From Thermodesulfobacteriota bacterium (GTDB lineage Bacteria; Desulfobacterota; Desulfobacteria; Desulfobacterales; Desulfosudaceae): a stretch of DNA of 24,000 nt. Positions 1 through 8,229 of this stretch are shown here, piece by piece; positions within the stretch are counted from its first letter, which is position 1, and every line of letters begins with the position of its first letter. Under the pieces are notes generated by a model. The model saw only the letters and a program-made list of their open reading frames with translations. It did no database searches and had not been told where the DNA came from. The stretch covers positions 53,795-77,794 of the forward strand of contig JAXHTY010000022.1 in assembly GCA_034189905.1 (NCBI GenBank). The letters run 5' to 3'. The translations under genes were made by a program, and so were the position numbers.

Positions 1-1026
1 CCCCATATACTCATTTACACCGGCGATGAGGTTCCACCCGGAAAACTGTTCGTCTGTCAGGTCCACCATGATAAAAAAGCCGTGGTTCTGATCGACAAAA
101 TCGCCATATCCGTCAAAATTAAACCCGCTATCATCCAGTTCCACCGAATTCTGGTTGGTATTAAAAACAAACTGCCGAAAGCCTGAACCATTTGCGGGAT
201 TCAAATGAAAAGAAGAGATCTGCCAGTACTGATCAAGAAACATGTCCCGCTGCATCTGGAAAATCCGGTCAACATCATCCGCCCCCATGGTTGTCACAAC
301 GTCATCAGGAAGATTTGTCAGCTGTGAGTTCAGCCAGGCCGATGTGACCAGCGGCCGATTGACTTTTCCATATCCGTAAAGCTTGTTGCTGCCGATAATG
401 AGCCGCCGTAATTCCTGATCCCCCTGACCGAAGTTGGAATACTCGGCCCGAAGAACAATGCCGTACAAACGGACTGGATGATCTTCGTCATACCCCATCT
501 GCAGGCCTTCCCAGTTGACATCCCACTGTGTATATTCAGCGCCGTTGCTGGCACCGAAATTTCGATAAAACCCGGACGAAAGATCGGCATGGAGGTTCAC
601 CTTTTTCCCAAAATATCCTGTGCCGTCTTGCGGATTGGTCCGGCTCTGCGTATAAGCAAGGATATTACTCGAATCTGCAGCCAGCATGGGGCCAAGTTCA
701 CCCGCGTCACGTTCGTAATTACCCAGCCGGAGTTCACTGAACTCACCGTAATTTTCTATATAGATATCACTGGAAAAGCGGACAACTGTTACATTTTCAT
801 TCGTGCCATAGTAACCGGGATCACTGATGTCGATGCTGAGAACCTCCCCGCCCTGAACATCCTGAAGCTGCTTGTCCGTCATCACATCCATGCCGGCATA
901 CAGGTTCGTGGCCATAAGTGAACAGAAGGCAATCCCAACCATGGATGTCCACACAATCACATGTGACAACCGTTGTTGAAGCCCTGTTGCCGGGCAACAG
1001 GAAATAACTTTCAAATAATTAATCAT
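1..1026 (-). CDS. Secreted acidic protein, 5' part only (342 codons; the C-terminus lies beyond the left window edge). A Sec signal peptide is followed by a double-glycine-leader-like motif. Third member of the family encoded at 15713 and 16410.
   Basis: Absent from the ORF track because it has no stop inside the window. Plus-strand triplets 1-3, 4-6 ... 1024-1026 contain no TTA/CTA/TCA, so the minus frame is open from ATG (1026-1024) to position 1. There is an in-frame stop upstream at 1047-1045 and a GGAGG at 1035-1031. My translation begins MINYLKVISCCPATGLQQRLSHVIVWTSMVGIAFCSLMATNLYAGMDVMTDKQLQDVQGGEVLSIDISDPGYYGTNENVTVVRFSSDIYIENYG... A hydrophobic signal-like segment precedes MTDKQLQDVQGG (nt 882-847). 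Track ORFs 330-590(-), 478-921(+) and 528-740(+) lie inside it. Confidence 0.75.
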   Translation of the reverse strand, partial: MINYLKVISCCPATGLQQRLSHVIVWTSMVGIAFCSLMATNLYAGMDVMTDKQLQDVQGGEVLSIDISDPGYYGTNENVTVVRFSSDIYIENYGEFSELRLGNYERDAGELGPMLAADSSNILAYTQSRTNPQDGTGYFGKKVNLHADLSSGFYRNFGASNGAEYTQWDVNWEGLQMGYDEDHPVRLYGIVLRAEYSNFGQGDQELRRLIIGSNKLYGYGKVNRPLVTSAWLNSQLTNLPDDVVTTMGADDVDRIFQMQRDMFLDQYWQISSFHLNPANGSGFRQFVFNTNQNSVELDDSGFNFDGYGDFVDQNHGFFIMVDLTDEQFSGWNLIAGVNEYMG

Positions 1027-1109
1027 CAACCCTCCATGCAGGGCCTAACGATGCAAAAACAAGGTACGATAGAGCGAACATCGTTACGCAGTGTGATTCA
1101 ACTTCAATA

Positions 1110-1137
1110 AATATACCATCTGCCCCGACTATGTCAA
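1110..1137 (-). promoter_or_regulatory. Candidate sigma70 promoter for the minus-strand gene
   Basis: The minus strand reads TTGACA (plus 1137-1132), a 16-nt spacer, then TATATT (plus 1115-1110), preceded by a T-rich tract. The predicted transcript start is ~75-80 nt upstream of the ATG at 1026. Confidence 0.45.
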
Positions 1138-1310
1138 CAAAAAAATCAAAACCCTGCGTCACTTCGCAAAGATCCATTATTTCAAGATGCAATATCAATG
1201 CCTTTGGCGACCCTTTTAACAGCCTCCTCAATTAAGCCGTAATACCTTAAATTTTATGATAATATTAATATTCTACCATTTTTGCGCAATCTTGCCTGAT
1301 CAATTGGTCT

Positions 1311-1344
1311 CATTTTTTGTCATTATTTTCGCCATTTTTTGTCA
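1311..1344. repeat. Two direct copies of the 12-mer CATTTTTTGTCA, 22 bp apart, in the divergent intergenic region; candidate regulator-binding sites
   Basis: Exact copies at 1311-1322 and 1333-1344. A third exact copy is at 15199-15210, and a 10/12 copy lies on the opposite strand at 15480-15491. Confidence 0.5.
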
Positions 1345-1462
1345 TGCAGGCTGCAGATTTTTCCTTGACGCAAGACAGGCATTTATTATTTCATTATTCA
1401 GGCCTGCCTCATGACAAATTTTAAGCACCGGCTGCAAACAAAAAGGGATCGCATATTTTATA

Positions 1463-4063
1463 ATGACAGCAAAGCACCCACCGCAGCATCCCATGACCTT
1501 TGTCTTGATATTCATGGTGTTTGTTCTGACCGGCATTCTGATATATGGCAACACCTTCTCCTCTCCCTTTGTAATGGATGATTACGCCAATATCACAGAA
1601 AACCCTGCCATTCGAATGAACCATTTCACAGTGCAGAAGGTGTTAAAAGCATTGCAATTAACCTCCGCATACCGGCCCCTGCCCTGTTTTTCCTTTGCCC
1701 TGAACTATTTCTTCCATGAATACCGTGTTGCAGGATACCATCTGGTTAATATTGCGATTCATATCGTAACCGGTTTTCTTGTTTTTCTGGTTGCCCGACA
1801 AACCATGCGCTTGTGCGGCATGAGCAGCGCGGTGCCCCCTCTGCTGGCCGCCATGCTCTGGTTCGTAAACCCGGTCCACAATCAGTCTGTAACCTATATT
1901 GTTCAGCGGATGACCAGTATGGCCACAATGTTCTACATGTTGAGCCTGTGGATCTATATAAAAGCCCGTTCTGAGGGTTCGGCAACGCAGAAGCGGTTCC
2001 CTGTCCGCACAGTACTCCTTTCCGCCGCAAGTATTATCGCCGGTATCTGCGCCCTCGGATCAAAACAAATTGCCGCCACCCTGCCGGTAATAATCTTCTT
2101 TTATGAATGGTACTTTTTCAGGAATATTAACAGGACCTGGCTGATACACCGGATAAGGTGGCTGGTTGCGCTTGGCGTTGTTGTTTCCGCCATTGCCCTG
2201 ATCTACCTTGGGACAACCCCGTTTGAAAAAATTCAAAGCATGTATGCGCACCAGAATTTTACCATAACCCAGCGATTATTCACAGAACCCCGGGTTATCC
2301 TCTTCTATCTGGTCCTGATGTTTTACCCCCATCCCGACCTGTTGAGTATTGACCATCATTATCCGATTTCTTATGCCCTTCATCATCCACCCACCACGAT
2401 TGCCGCTCTCATTGCCCTTGCCGGACTTATTTCAGCCGCGATAATTTCAGCCAGAAGAGAAAAGCTTATATCATTTGCCATTATCTGGTTTCTGGGCAAT
2501 CTTGTCATCGAGTCGTCTCTCATCGGCCTGGCCCTGATCTTTCAGCACCGTACCTACCTGCCATTTATTTTTCCGGTGATTACAATCAGCTGGCTTGCGT
2601 TTCAATATCTGCCAGCCCGTAAATACGGGATTCTTCTTTTTTGCGTGGTCATCGGCATTTTCAGTTTGTGGACTTTCCAGCGCAATCAGGTCTGGAAAAA
2701 CCGCTTCACTTTCTGGCAAGATACGGTAGCTAAAGCGCCTTACAATGGCCGGGCAAGAAACGATCTTGGACTGGCACTGATGGATAACGGCAAAATGCAA
2801 GCGGCCATTGCTGAATTAAAAAAAGCCGTGGACACGACACCCGATAATGTGCCTGCCCACAACAATCTGGGTTTGGCATTCACCAGACTCGGACAACTGG
2901 ACAAGGCCATTTCATTCTATGAGAAAGCCCTCAGCCTGGGTCCCGGCCATCCACAGGCATACGCCAATCTCGGAGCAACGCTGCTGATGGACAACAGACC
3001 GGAAGAGGCCATTACAGTTCTAGAGAAAGGGATTCAAGTTGCACCGGATGTCGTGGAAATTCATGACAACCTTGCAAATGCCTACATGCAAGCCAATAAG
3101 CCCGTCAAGGCCAAGCAACACGCTGAAAAAGCGCTCGACCTGATGCCGGGCGATCCTATTGCCCTGAATGTTCTGGGATTAATATTTTCCGATAAGGGCG
3201 ATTATACACAAGCAATACAGTATTTTAAAAGGGCATTGAAGAAAAGCCCGCTTAATCTCAAAAGTAATCTTCACATAGCCAGAATATACATGATGCTGAA
3301 TCAGCCGGTAATGGCGACTCCCTATCTTCAGGCCGTCATTCAGATAAATCCTGCAAACGCATTCGCCCATGGCGAACTGGGCGCCGCGTACGCCCTCTCT
3401 GGAAAGCCCGCCATGGCACTTCGACATCTTCAGAAAGCCATTGAATTAAATCCGGGGGATGCGGTCGCACACTTTAATTTAGGCAATGTATTGACGGCAA
3501 ATGGCAACCTGAAAGACGCATTGGCGCACTATAATGCCGCCCTGGCGATCAACCCCGACTATACGGAAGCCCGGCTGACCTTAGGAAAGGTACTGCTCCA
3601 CCACGGCGACATTGAGGAAGCGACACATCAGTTGGACACATTGACCAACACCAGTAAAGACCCCCAATTACTCTACCGGATCGCAACACTTTATAAAAAA
3701 TATGAGATACTGAATAACGCCGCAACACTCTATGAAAAGGCCATCGACATTGAACCGGCTTTCCCCCAGTGCCTCGACAATCTGGGAAGTACCTACGTCC
3801 GGCTGGGACGCCTTGAAGACGCCGTGCAGGCATACCGGCGCCTAAAAAAGCTGATGCCGGATGCGGCCACGGTGCCTTATAATCTTGCCTGCGTTTATGC
3901 CCTGCAGGGACGAAAAGAAGACGCCGTGGCTGCCATCAAAGAGGCGCGGTCCAAGGGATACAACGATCTACGCCGTCTGTTATCCGACCCTGATCTTGCC
4001 ACCCTTCAGGATACGGAATATTATAAAAAATTGAAAAATGCATGGGAGTCGGGCCTGTTATGA
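1463..4063 (+). CDS. Paralog 1 of 6: polytopic membrane protein with a TMTC/DUF1736-like GT-C glycosyltransferase domain fused to roughly a dozen TPR units (866 aa)
   Basis: Track ORF. The N-terminal ~430 aa are hydrophobic and multi-pass. Motifs present: FVMDD after the first TM helix, AYRPLPCFSFALNYFFH, GYHLVNIAIH, NPVHNQSVTYIVQRMTSMATMFY, SKQIAATLPV, YEWYFF, FYPHP, SFAIIWFLGNLVIESS and FQHRTYLPF. As I recall the eukaryotic TMTC family, these parallel FVFDD...SYRPL...LNY...HPIHTE.V...YLPS. The C-terminal half shows 34-aa TPR periodicity (NNLGLAF, AxxxYxxALxxxP) and ends with the cap YNLACVYALQGRKEDAV...DPDLATLQDTEYYKKL. The CDS call is firm; the function is motif-based. Confidence 0.9.
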   Translation: MTAKHPPQHPMTFVLIFMVFVLTGILIYGNTFSSPFVMDDYANITENPAIRMNHFTVQKVLKALQLTSAYRPLPCFSFALNYFFHEYRVAGYHLVNIAIHIVTGFLVFLVARQTMRLCGMSSAVPPLLAAMLWFVNPVHNQSVTYIVQRMTSMATMFYMLSLWIYIKARSEGSATQKRFPVRTVLLSAASIIAGICALGSKQIAATLPVIIFFYEWYFFRNINRTWLIHRIRWLVALGVVVSAIALIYLGTTPFEKIQSMYAHQNFTITQRLFTEPRVILFYLVLMFYPHPDLLSIDHHYPISYALHHPPTTIAALIALAGLISAAIISARREKLISFAIIWFLGNLVIESSLIGLALIFQHRTYLPFIFPVITISWLAFQYLPARKYGILLFCVVIGIFSLWTFQRNQVWKNRFTFWQDTVAKAPYNGRARNDLGLALMDNGKMQAAIAELKKAVDTTPDNVPAHNNLGLAFTRLGQLDKAISFYEKALSLGPGHPQAYANLGATLLMDNRPEEAITVLEKGIQVAPDVVEIHDNLANAYMQANKPVKAKQHAEKALDLMPGDPIALNVLGLIFSDKGDYTQAIQYFKRALKKSPLNLKSNLHIARIYMMLNQPVMATPYLQAVIQINPANAFAHGELGAAYALSGKPAMALRHLQKAIELNPGDAVAHFNLGNVLTANGNLKDALAHYNAALAINPDYTEARLTLGKVLLHHGDIEEATHQLDTLTNTSKDPQLLYRIATLYKKYEILNNAATLYEKAIDIEPAFPQCLDNLGSTYVRLGRLEDAVQAYRRLKKLMPDAATVPYNLACVYALQGRKEDAVAAIKEARSKGYNDLRRLLSDPDLATLQDTEYYKKLKNAWESGLL

Positions 4064-5898
4064 CAAAGCTTCATAACCATGCGGCCGCTTTGATTACCGC
4101 CCTGGCCATCGCAGTTATCGGCATCCTGGTTTATGCCAACACCTTTCATGCGCCTTTTCTATTTGATGATCATATCAACATTATTGATAATCCACGTATT
4201 CGTATGACAGCATTATCCTTTTCCGGCATTGCCACAGCAGCTAAAAACGAATCCCGTCATCGCCCCCTGCCGAATGTTTCATTTGCATTCAATTACTTTT
4301 TTCACCAATACGATACATCTGGCTATCATATCATCAATCTGATCATCCATCTGACAACCGCATTTCTGATCTTTCTGGTCGCCCGGCACACCCTTCAGCA
4401 ACTGAACCAGGATAGTACAATGACAGCTGCACTTGCGGCCGTTCTCTGGCTGACCAACCCGATTCATACCCAGTCGGTCACCTATATTGTCCAACGCATG
4501 ACATCAATGGCCGCCATGTTCTATATGCTCTCCCTGCTCCTTTATATAAAGGCACGAACAAAACAGTTCAAACAAAATGACTTAACCACCGGCACGGCGA
4601 TCCTGCTTGTGGCATCTGTCTTGTGCGGGATATGTGCACTGACATCCAAACAAATTGCCGCCACTCTCCCGGTATTTGTCTTTCTCTATGAATGGTATTT
4701 TTTTCAAAATTTAGATACGGCCTGGCTGAAACGTCAGGTTTGGTTGCCCATTATCCTTGTCATCACGTTGGCCATTATCATAATGGTCTATCTTGGCAAC
4801 AATCCAATCGACAAAATTCTCAGCATGTATGACAGCCAAGGTTTTTCCATAGGCCAGCGACTGCTCAGCCAACCGGGCGTGGTCCTCTACTATCTTTCTC
4901 TTCTGTTCTTTCCCCATCCCGCCCGACTGAACTTTTATTATGACTTTCCCTTATCCACACTGACGGTCCATCCCGAAGCCACGGTTTTGTCCTTCTTTGG
5001 GATAGCCGGACTGCTGATCACTGCTATGATTGCAGCAAGAAAACAACGACTGGTGTCGTTTGCCATCCTATGGTTTCTGGGCACACTTGTGATTGAATCC
5101 TCCTTTATCGGCCTGGCACTGGTTTTCGAACACCGGACTTACCTGCCCTCAATCTTCCTTTTTATTGCCATTGTACCGGTTTTGATGCAGTTATTGAAAC
5201 ACCGGGAACTGGCCATGATGCTCACAGGCACTGCAATAGTGGTTTGCGGCGTCTGGACCTTCCAGCGTAACAGCATATGGCAGGACGCCGTTCATTTCTG
5301 GCAAAACAACGTTGCCAAATCTCCCCAAATAGCATTACCATACAACAACCTGGGACTGGCTTACAAAAAAGCTGGAAAAACGGAATTGGCGCAACAGGCA
5401 TTTGAAACGGCAATTGAAAAAAACCCCCGGCATTACAGAACATATAACAATCTCGGGCTGTTCTTTATCGACCGGGGGAAACCGGAAGCGGCCATCGATT
5501 ATTTTAATAAAGCCCTCAGCATCTATCCGTTCACTGACATCACGCATATTAATATGGGCAATGCTTTTCTTGCTTTGGAAAAATTTGACAAGGCAATTCA
5601 GCATCTTGAAAAAGCTATTGCAATAAACCCATATTCAGCCGAAGCCTTCAACAGCCTTGGCATTGTTTACCTTAAAACCGGTGACCCGGGAAAAGCAGCA
5701 CATTATTTTCAAAAAGCGATTCAGATCAATCCGTATTACGGGAAAGCCTTTAACAACCTTGGCATTGCTTATTTTTACGCCGGCCAGACAGCAAAAGCCG
5801 TCCGGTATTTTAAAAAAGCCGAAACCGTTGCTCCGAATCAGACGAGTGCAAGTGCCAATCTTGATAAACTCCTAAAGATCAAGGATAGCCCGGAATGA
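4060..5898 (+). CDS. Paralog 2 of 6: GT-C (TMTC-like) membrane domain with about 5 TPR units. It is the shortest member and lacks the C-terminal cap module.
   Basis: The track ORF starts at 4042. I prefer the ATG at 4060 for three reasons. It forms an ATGA overlap with the stop of paralog 1 (4061-4063), the same junction recurs at 5895-5898, and it gives an N-terminal length matching the paralogs. Motifs: FLFDD, RHRPLPNVSFAFNYFFH, NPIHTQSVTYIVQRMTSMAAMFY, SKQIAATLPV, YEWYFF, FFPHP, FEHRTYLPS. TPRs run from PYNNLGLAYKKAG to FNNLGIAYFYAG. Confidence 0.88.
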   Translation: MTKLHNHAAALITALAIAVIGILVYANTFHAPFLFDDHINIIDNPRIRMTALSFSGIATAAKNESRHRPLPNVSFAFNYFFHQYDTSGYHIINLIIHLTTAFLIFLVARHTLQQLNQDSTMTAALAAVLWLTNPIHTQSVTYIVQRMTSMAAMFYMLSLLLYIKARTKQFKQNDLTTGTAILLVASVLCGICALTSKQIAATLPVFVFLYEWYFFQNLDTAWLKRQVWLPIILVITLAIIIMVYLGNNPIDKILSMYDSQGFSIGQRLLSQPGVVLYYLSLLFFPHPARLNFYYDFPLSTLTVHPEATVLSFFGIAGLLITAMIAARKQRLVSFAILWFLGTLVIESSFIGLALVFEHRTYLPSIFLFIAIVPVLMQLLKHRELAMMLTGTAIVVCGVWTFQRNSIWQDAVHFWQNNVAKSPQIALPYNNLGLAYKKAGKTELAQQAFETAIEKNPRHYRTYNNLGLFFIDRGKPEAAIDYFNKALSIYPFTDITHINMGNAFLALEKFDKAIQHLEKAIAINPYSAEAFNSLGIVYLKTGDPGKAAHYFQKAIQINPYYGKAFNNLGIAYFYAGQTAKAVRYFKKAETVAPNQTSASANLDKLLKIKDSPE

Positions 5899-8180
5899 GG
5901 AAGAAAAGACCATTGCATTCAAAAGCACCAATAGCCGCGCTGACCGCTATAATCATAATCGGTATTCTGGTCTATGCCAACACCTTCCATTCCCCTTTTC
6001 TTTTTGACGATAAGCCCAATATTTCAGAAAATCCGCATATCCGGATGACGGATTTATCCTTCTCAGAGATCATGGATGCAACGAGAAGTGTCTCCGGTTA
6101 CCGGCCCCTGCCCAACATCTCTTTTGCCTTCAACTATTATTTCCACCAGTACGACACATTCGGATATCACACCATCAACCTGGCCATTCATTTGGCAACA
6201 GCCTTCCTTCTCTTTCTTGTCGCCAGGCAAACCCTGCAACAACTGAACCAGGAAAGCGCGCTGCTACCCCTGTTGGCCGCCATTCTATGGCTGGTCAACC
6301 CGGTCCACACCCAGTCGGTCACGTATATTGTGCAGCGCATGACATCAATGGCCGCCATGTTCTACCTGTTGTCCCTGTTTCTCTACATAAAGGCCCGGAC
6401 AAACCGGATGAAACAGTCCCGCATGTCCACCGGTATAATAATATTGCTTGTCATGTCTGTCGTGTCGGGGCTATGCGCCTTGGCGTCCAAACAGATCGCC
6501 GCCACTCTGCCGGTATTTATCTTTCTCTATGAATGGTATTTTTTCAGGGATCTCAATATCACCTGGCTCAAGCGCCAGATCAAATGGATCTTCATCCTTT
6601 CCATGGCAATTGTCGTCATCGCCCTGATCTATCTCGGCAAAAGCCCGCTCGAAAAAATCCTTTCCATGTATGACAAGCAAGACTTCTCCATGGGTCAGCG
6701 ACTGCTCAGTGAACCCCGTGTCATTATGCACTATTTGTCACTGCTGTTTTTTCCTCACCCCACCCGGCTTATCATCGACTATGACCTCATTGCCTCCACA
6801 GCATTGCTGAGGCCGGCCACCACGGCCCTTTCGATTGCCGCGCTATCAGGGTTGGTATTCACGGCTTTTGCCACAGCAAAGCGATACCGGCTGTTATCCT
6901 TCGCCATTCTCTGGTTTCTGGGCAACCTCGCCATTGAGTCTTCTTTTATCGGTCTTGCGCTTGTCTTTGAACACCGCACCTACCTGCCGTCAACCTTCCT
7001 GTTTATTGCCATCGTGCCAATAATCACCTACCGTATTCCCCTGCGCGCCATTACCATAGCGCTTTTCTGCTGTCTGATTGCTGTTGGTGGCTACTGGACC
7101 TGGCAACGAAACTACGACTGGAGAGACGCCGTATCCTTCTGGCTGGATTGTACAGAAAAAAGGCCGGATACGGCCCGGGCGTTTAACAATCTTGGCATTG
7201 CTTACAGGAGCACAAATGAATTCAAAAAGGCGCTGCCCGCGTTTCAGACCGCTATTGAAAAAGATCCGACTTTTGAAAGAGCTTACAACAATCTTGGCAT
7301 AATCCTTCGGGATGCCGGGGAAGCCCAATCCGCCATTCCCTATTTTACAAAGGCCTTGGAAATCAACCCCGCATATGCTGATGCCCATTATAACCTGGGG
7401 CTTGCTTTTTATGACAAGGGCATGATTGAAAAAGCGGCAACAGCCTTTCAGACTGCTATCAGGCTGAACCCACTTTATTCGAGAGCTCACAACAACATGG
7501 GCATTATCCGGCAATATCAGGGAAAAACAGAAGAGGCGATGGCTTATTTCCGCAAAGCACTGGATACAAACCCTTATTTTGACAAAGCATACAATAACCT
7601 TGGTATCTCCTTTTACCGAAAAGGAGAGATTGACAAATCAATTCAATGCTTTCAAAAATCACTGGCCATCCACCCGGCATACAGTGATGCCCGAAATAAT
7701 CTGGCCAAAGCAAAAAAACAAGAGGCCCGATACAGTCCGGTAATAAATGAGTTGACCGAGAAGCTGCGGCGATCTCCCGAAAACGATGCCATCGCCTTCA
7801 AACTGGGGCAGGTTTATGAAGAAGCCGGCATGCTGGACGGCGCCATTGACCAATACCGGCAAACCCTGGCAATACAGCCGGACCATGCCGCCTGCCTGTA
7901 CAGACTGGGGAATTTATATGTAAAAACCCGTCAACTTGAAAAAGCCATCGGGCCGATGACGAAACTGACCCGGGTACTGCCGGGAAACCCGGCAGTATTT
8001 TACAACCTTGCCTGCCTTCATGCCAAGCTGGCCGAAAAAGAACAGGCGATTCGGTATTTAAAAACAGCCGTGTCTAAAGGATTTGACAAATGGGATGCGC
8101 TTAAAACGGACAAAGACCTTGAAAATATAAGAAACTCCGAATATTATAGGGATTTGATGAAAAAAATCGGAGAAAATTGA
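5895..8180 (+). CDS. Paralog 3 of 6: GT-C (TMTC-like) membrane domain with about 8 TPR units and the C-terminal cap (761 aa)
   Basis: Track ORF. The ATG at 5895 overlaps the stop of paralog 2 (ATGA). AAGGA lies 9 nt upstream. Motifs: FLFDD, GYRPLPNISFAFNYYFH, NPVHTQSVTYIVQRMTSMAAMFY, FEHRTYLPS. Cap: FYNLACLHAKLAEKEQAIRYLKTAVSKGFDKWDALKTDKDLENIRNSEYY. Confidence 0.9.
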   Translation: MRKKRPLHSKAPIAALTAIIIIGILVYANTFHSPFLFDDKPNISENPHIRMTDLSFSEIMDATRSVSGYRPLPNISFAFNYYFHQYDTFGYHTINLAIHLATAFLLFLVARQTLQQLNQESALLPLLAAILWLVNPVHTQSVTYIVQRMTSMAAMFYLLSLFLYIKARTNRMKQSRMSTGIIILLVMSVVSGLCALASKQIAATLPVFIFLYEWYFFRDLNITWLKRQIKWIFILSMAIVVIALIYLGKSPLEKILSMYDKQDFSMGQRLLSEPRVIMHYLSLLFFPHPTRLIIDYDLIASTALLRPATTALSIAALSGLVFTAFATAKRYRLLSFAILWFLGNLAIESSFIGLALVFEHRTYLPSTFLFIAIVPIITYRIPLRAITIALFCCLIAVGGYWTWQRNYDWRDAVSFWLDCTEKRPDTARAFNNLGIAYRSTNEFKKALPAFQTAIEKDPTFERAYNNLGIILRDAGEAQSAIPYFTKALEINPAYADAHYNLGLAFYDKGMIEKAATAFQTAIRLNPLYSRAHNNMGIIRQYQGKTEEAMAYFRKALDTNPYFDKAYNNLGISFYRKGEIDKSIQCFQKSLAIHPAYSDARNNLAKAKKQEARYSPVINELTEKLRRSPENDAIAFKLGQVYEEAGMLDGAIDQYRQTLAIQPDHAACLYRLGNLYVKTRQLEKAIGPMTKLTRVLPGNPAVFYNLACLHAKLAEKEQAIRYLKTAVSKGFDKWDALKTDKDLENIRNSEYYRDLMKKIGEN

Positions 8181-8229
8181 ACCCGATCCGGCACAAACCG
8201 CAAAAGACAGGAAATAAGCAGAACAGACA

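Noticed and set aside
330-921. Track ORFs 330-590(-), 478-921(+) and 528-740(+)
   Set aside because: All lie inside the 342-codon uninterrupted minus-strand frame (1026 to 1). That frame has a start codon, an SD and a signal peptide, and shows family resemblance to two other genes. The short ORFs have no such support.
1019-1231. 70-aa minus-strand ORF (TTG start) directly upstream of and overlapping the ATG at 1026
   Set aside because: It has a non-ATG start and no spaced SD (the GAGGAGG sits inside the ORF). It overlaps the candidate promoter and leader of the real gene, and its sequence has no recognisable features.
1424-1436. AGCACCGGCTGCA as a possible sigma54 promoter for the glycosyltransferase array
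   Set aside because: The -24 GG is AG, and the GC of the -12 element is two nucleotides too close. This is not the required register. I could not identify a convincing promoter for paralog 1.
4042-4059. Upstream ATG at 4042 as the start of paralog 2; likewise 16368 for the 16410 gene and 17752 for the C39 gene
   Set aside because: The downstream starts are better supported. 4060 gives an ATGA stop-start overlap, as at 5895. 16410 and 17818 give canonical signal peptides, and the downstream starts are the ones with SD-like sequences at workable spacing (best at 16410 and 17818). The longer forms remain possible.
6990-7514. Long antisense ORFs inside the large genes: 6990-7514(-), 9123-9593(-), 14779-15201(-), 15791-16234(-), 18661-19164(-), 19492-19971(-), and many shorter ones
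   Set aside because: Each is fully nested opposite a much longer ORF with clear protein-family motifs. Their translations are low-complexity or Arg/Gly/Pro-rich, as expected from antisense reading. None has start-site support.
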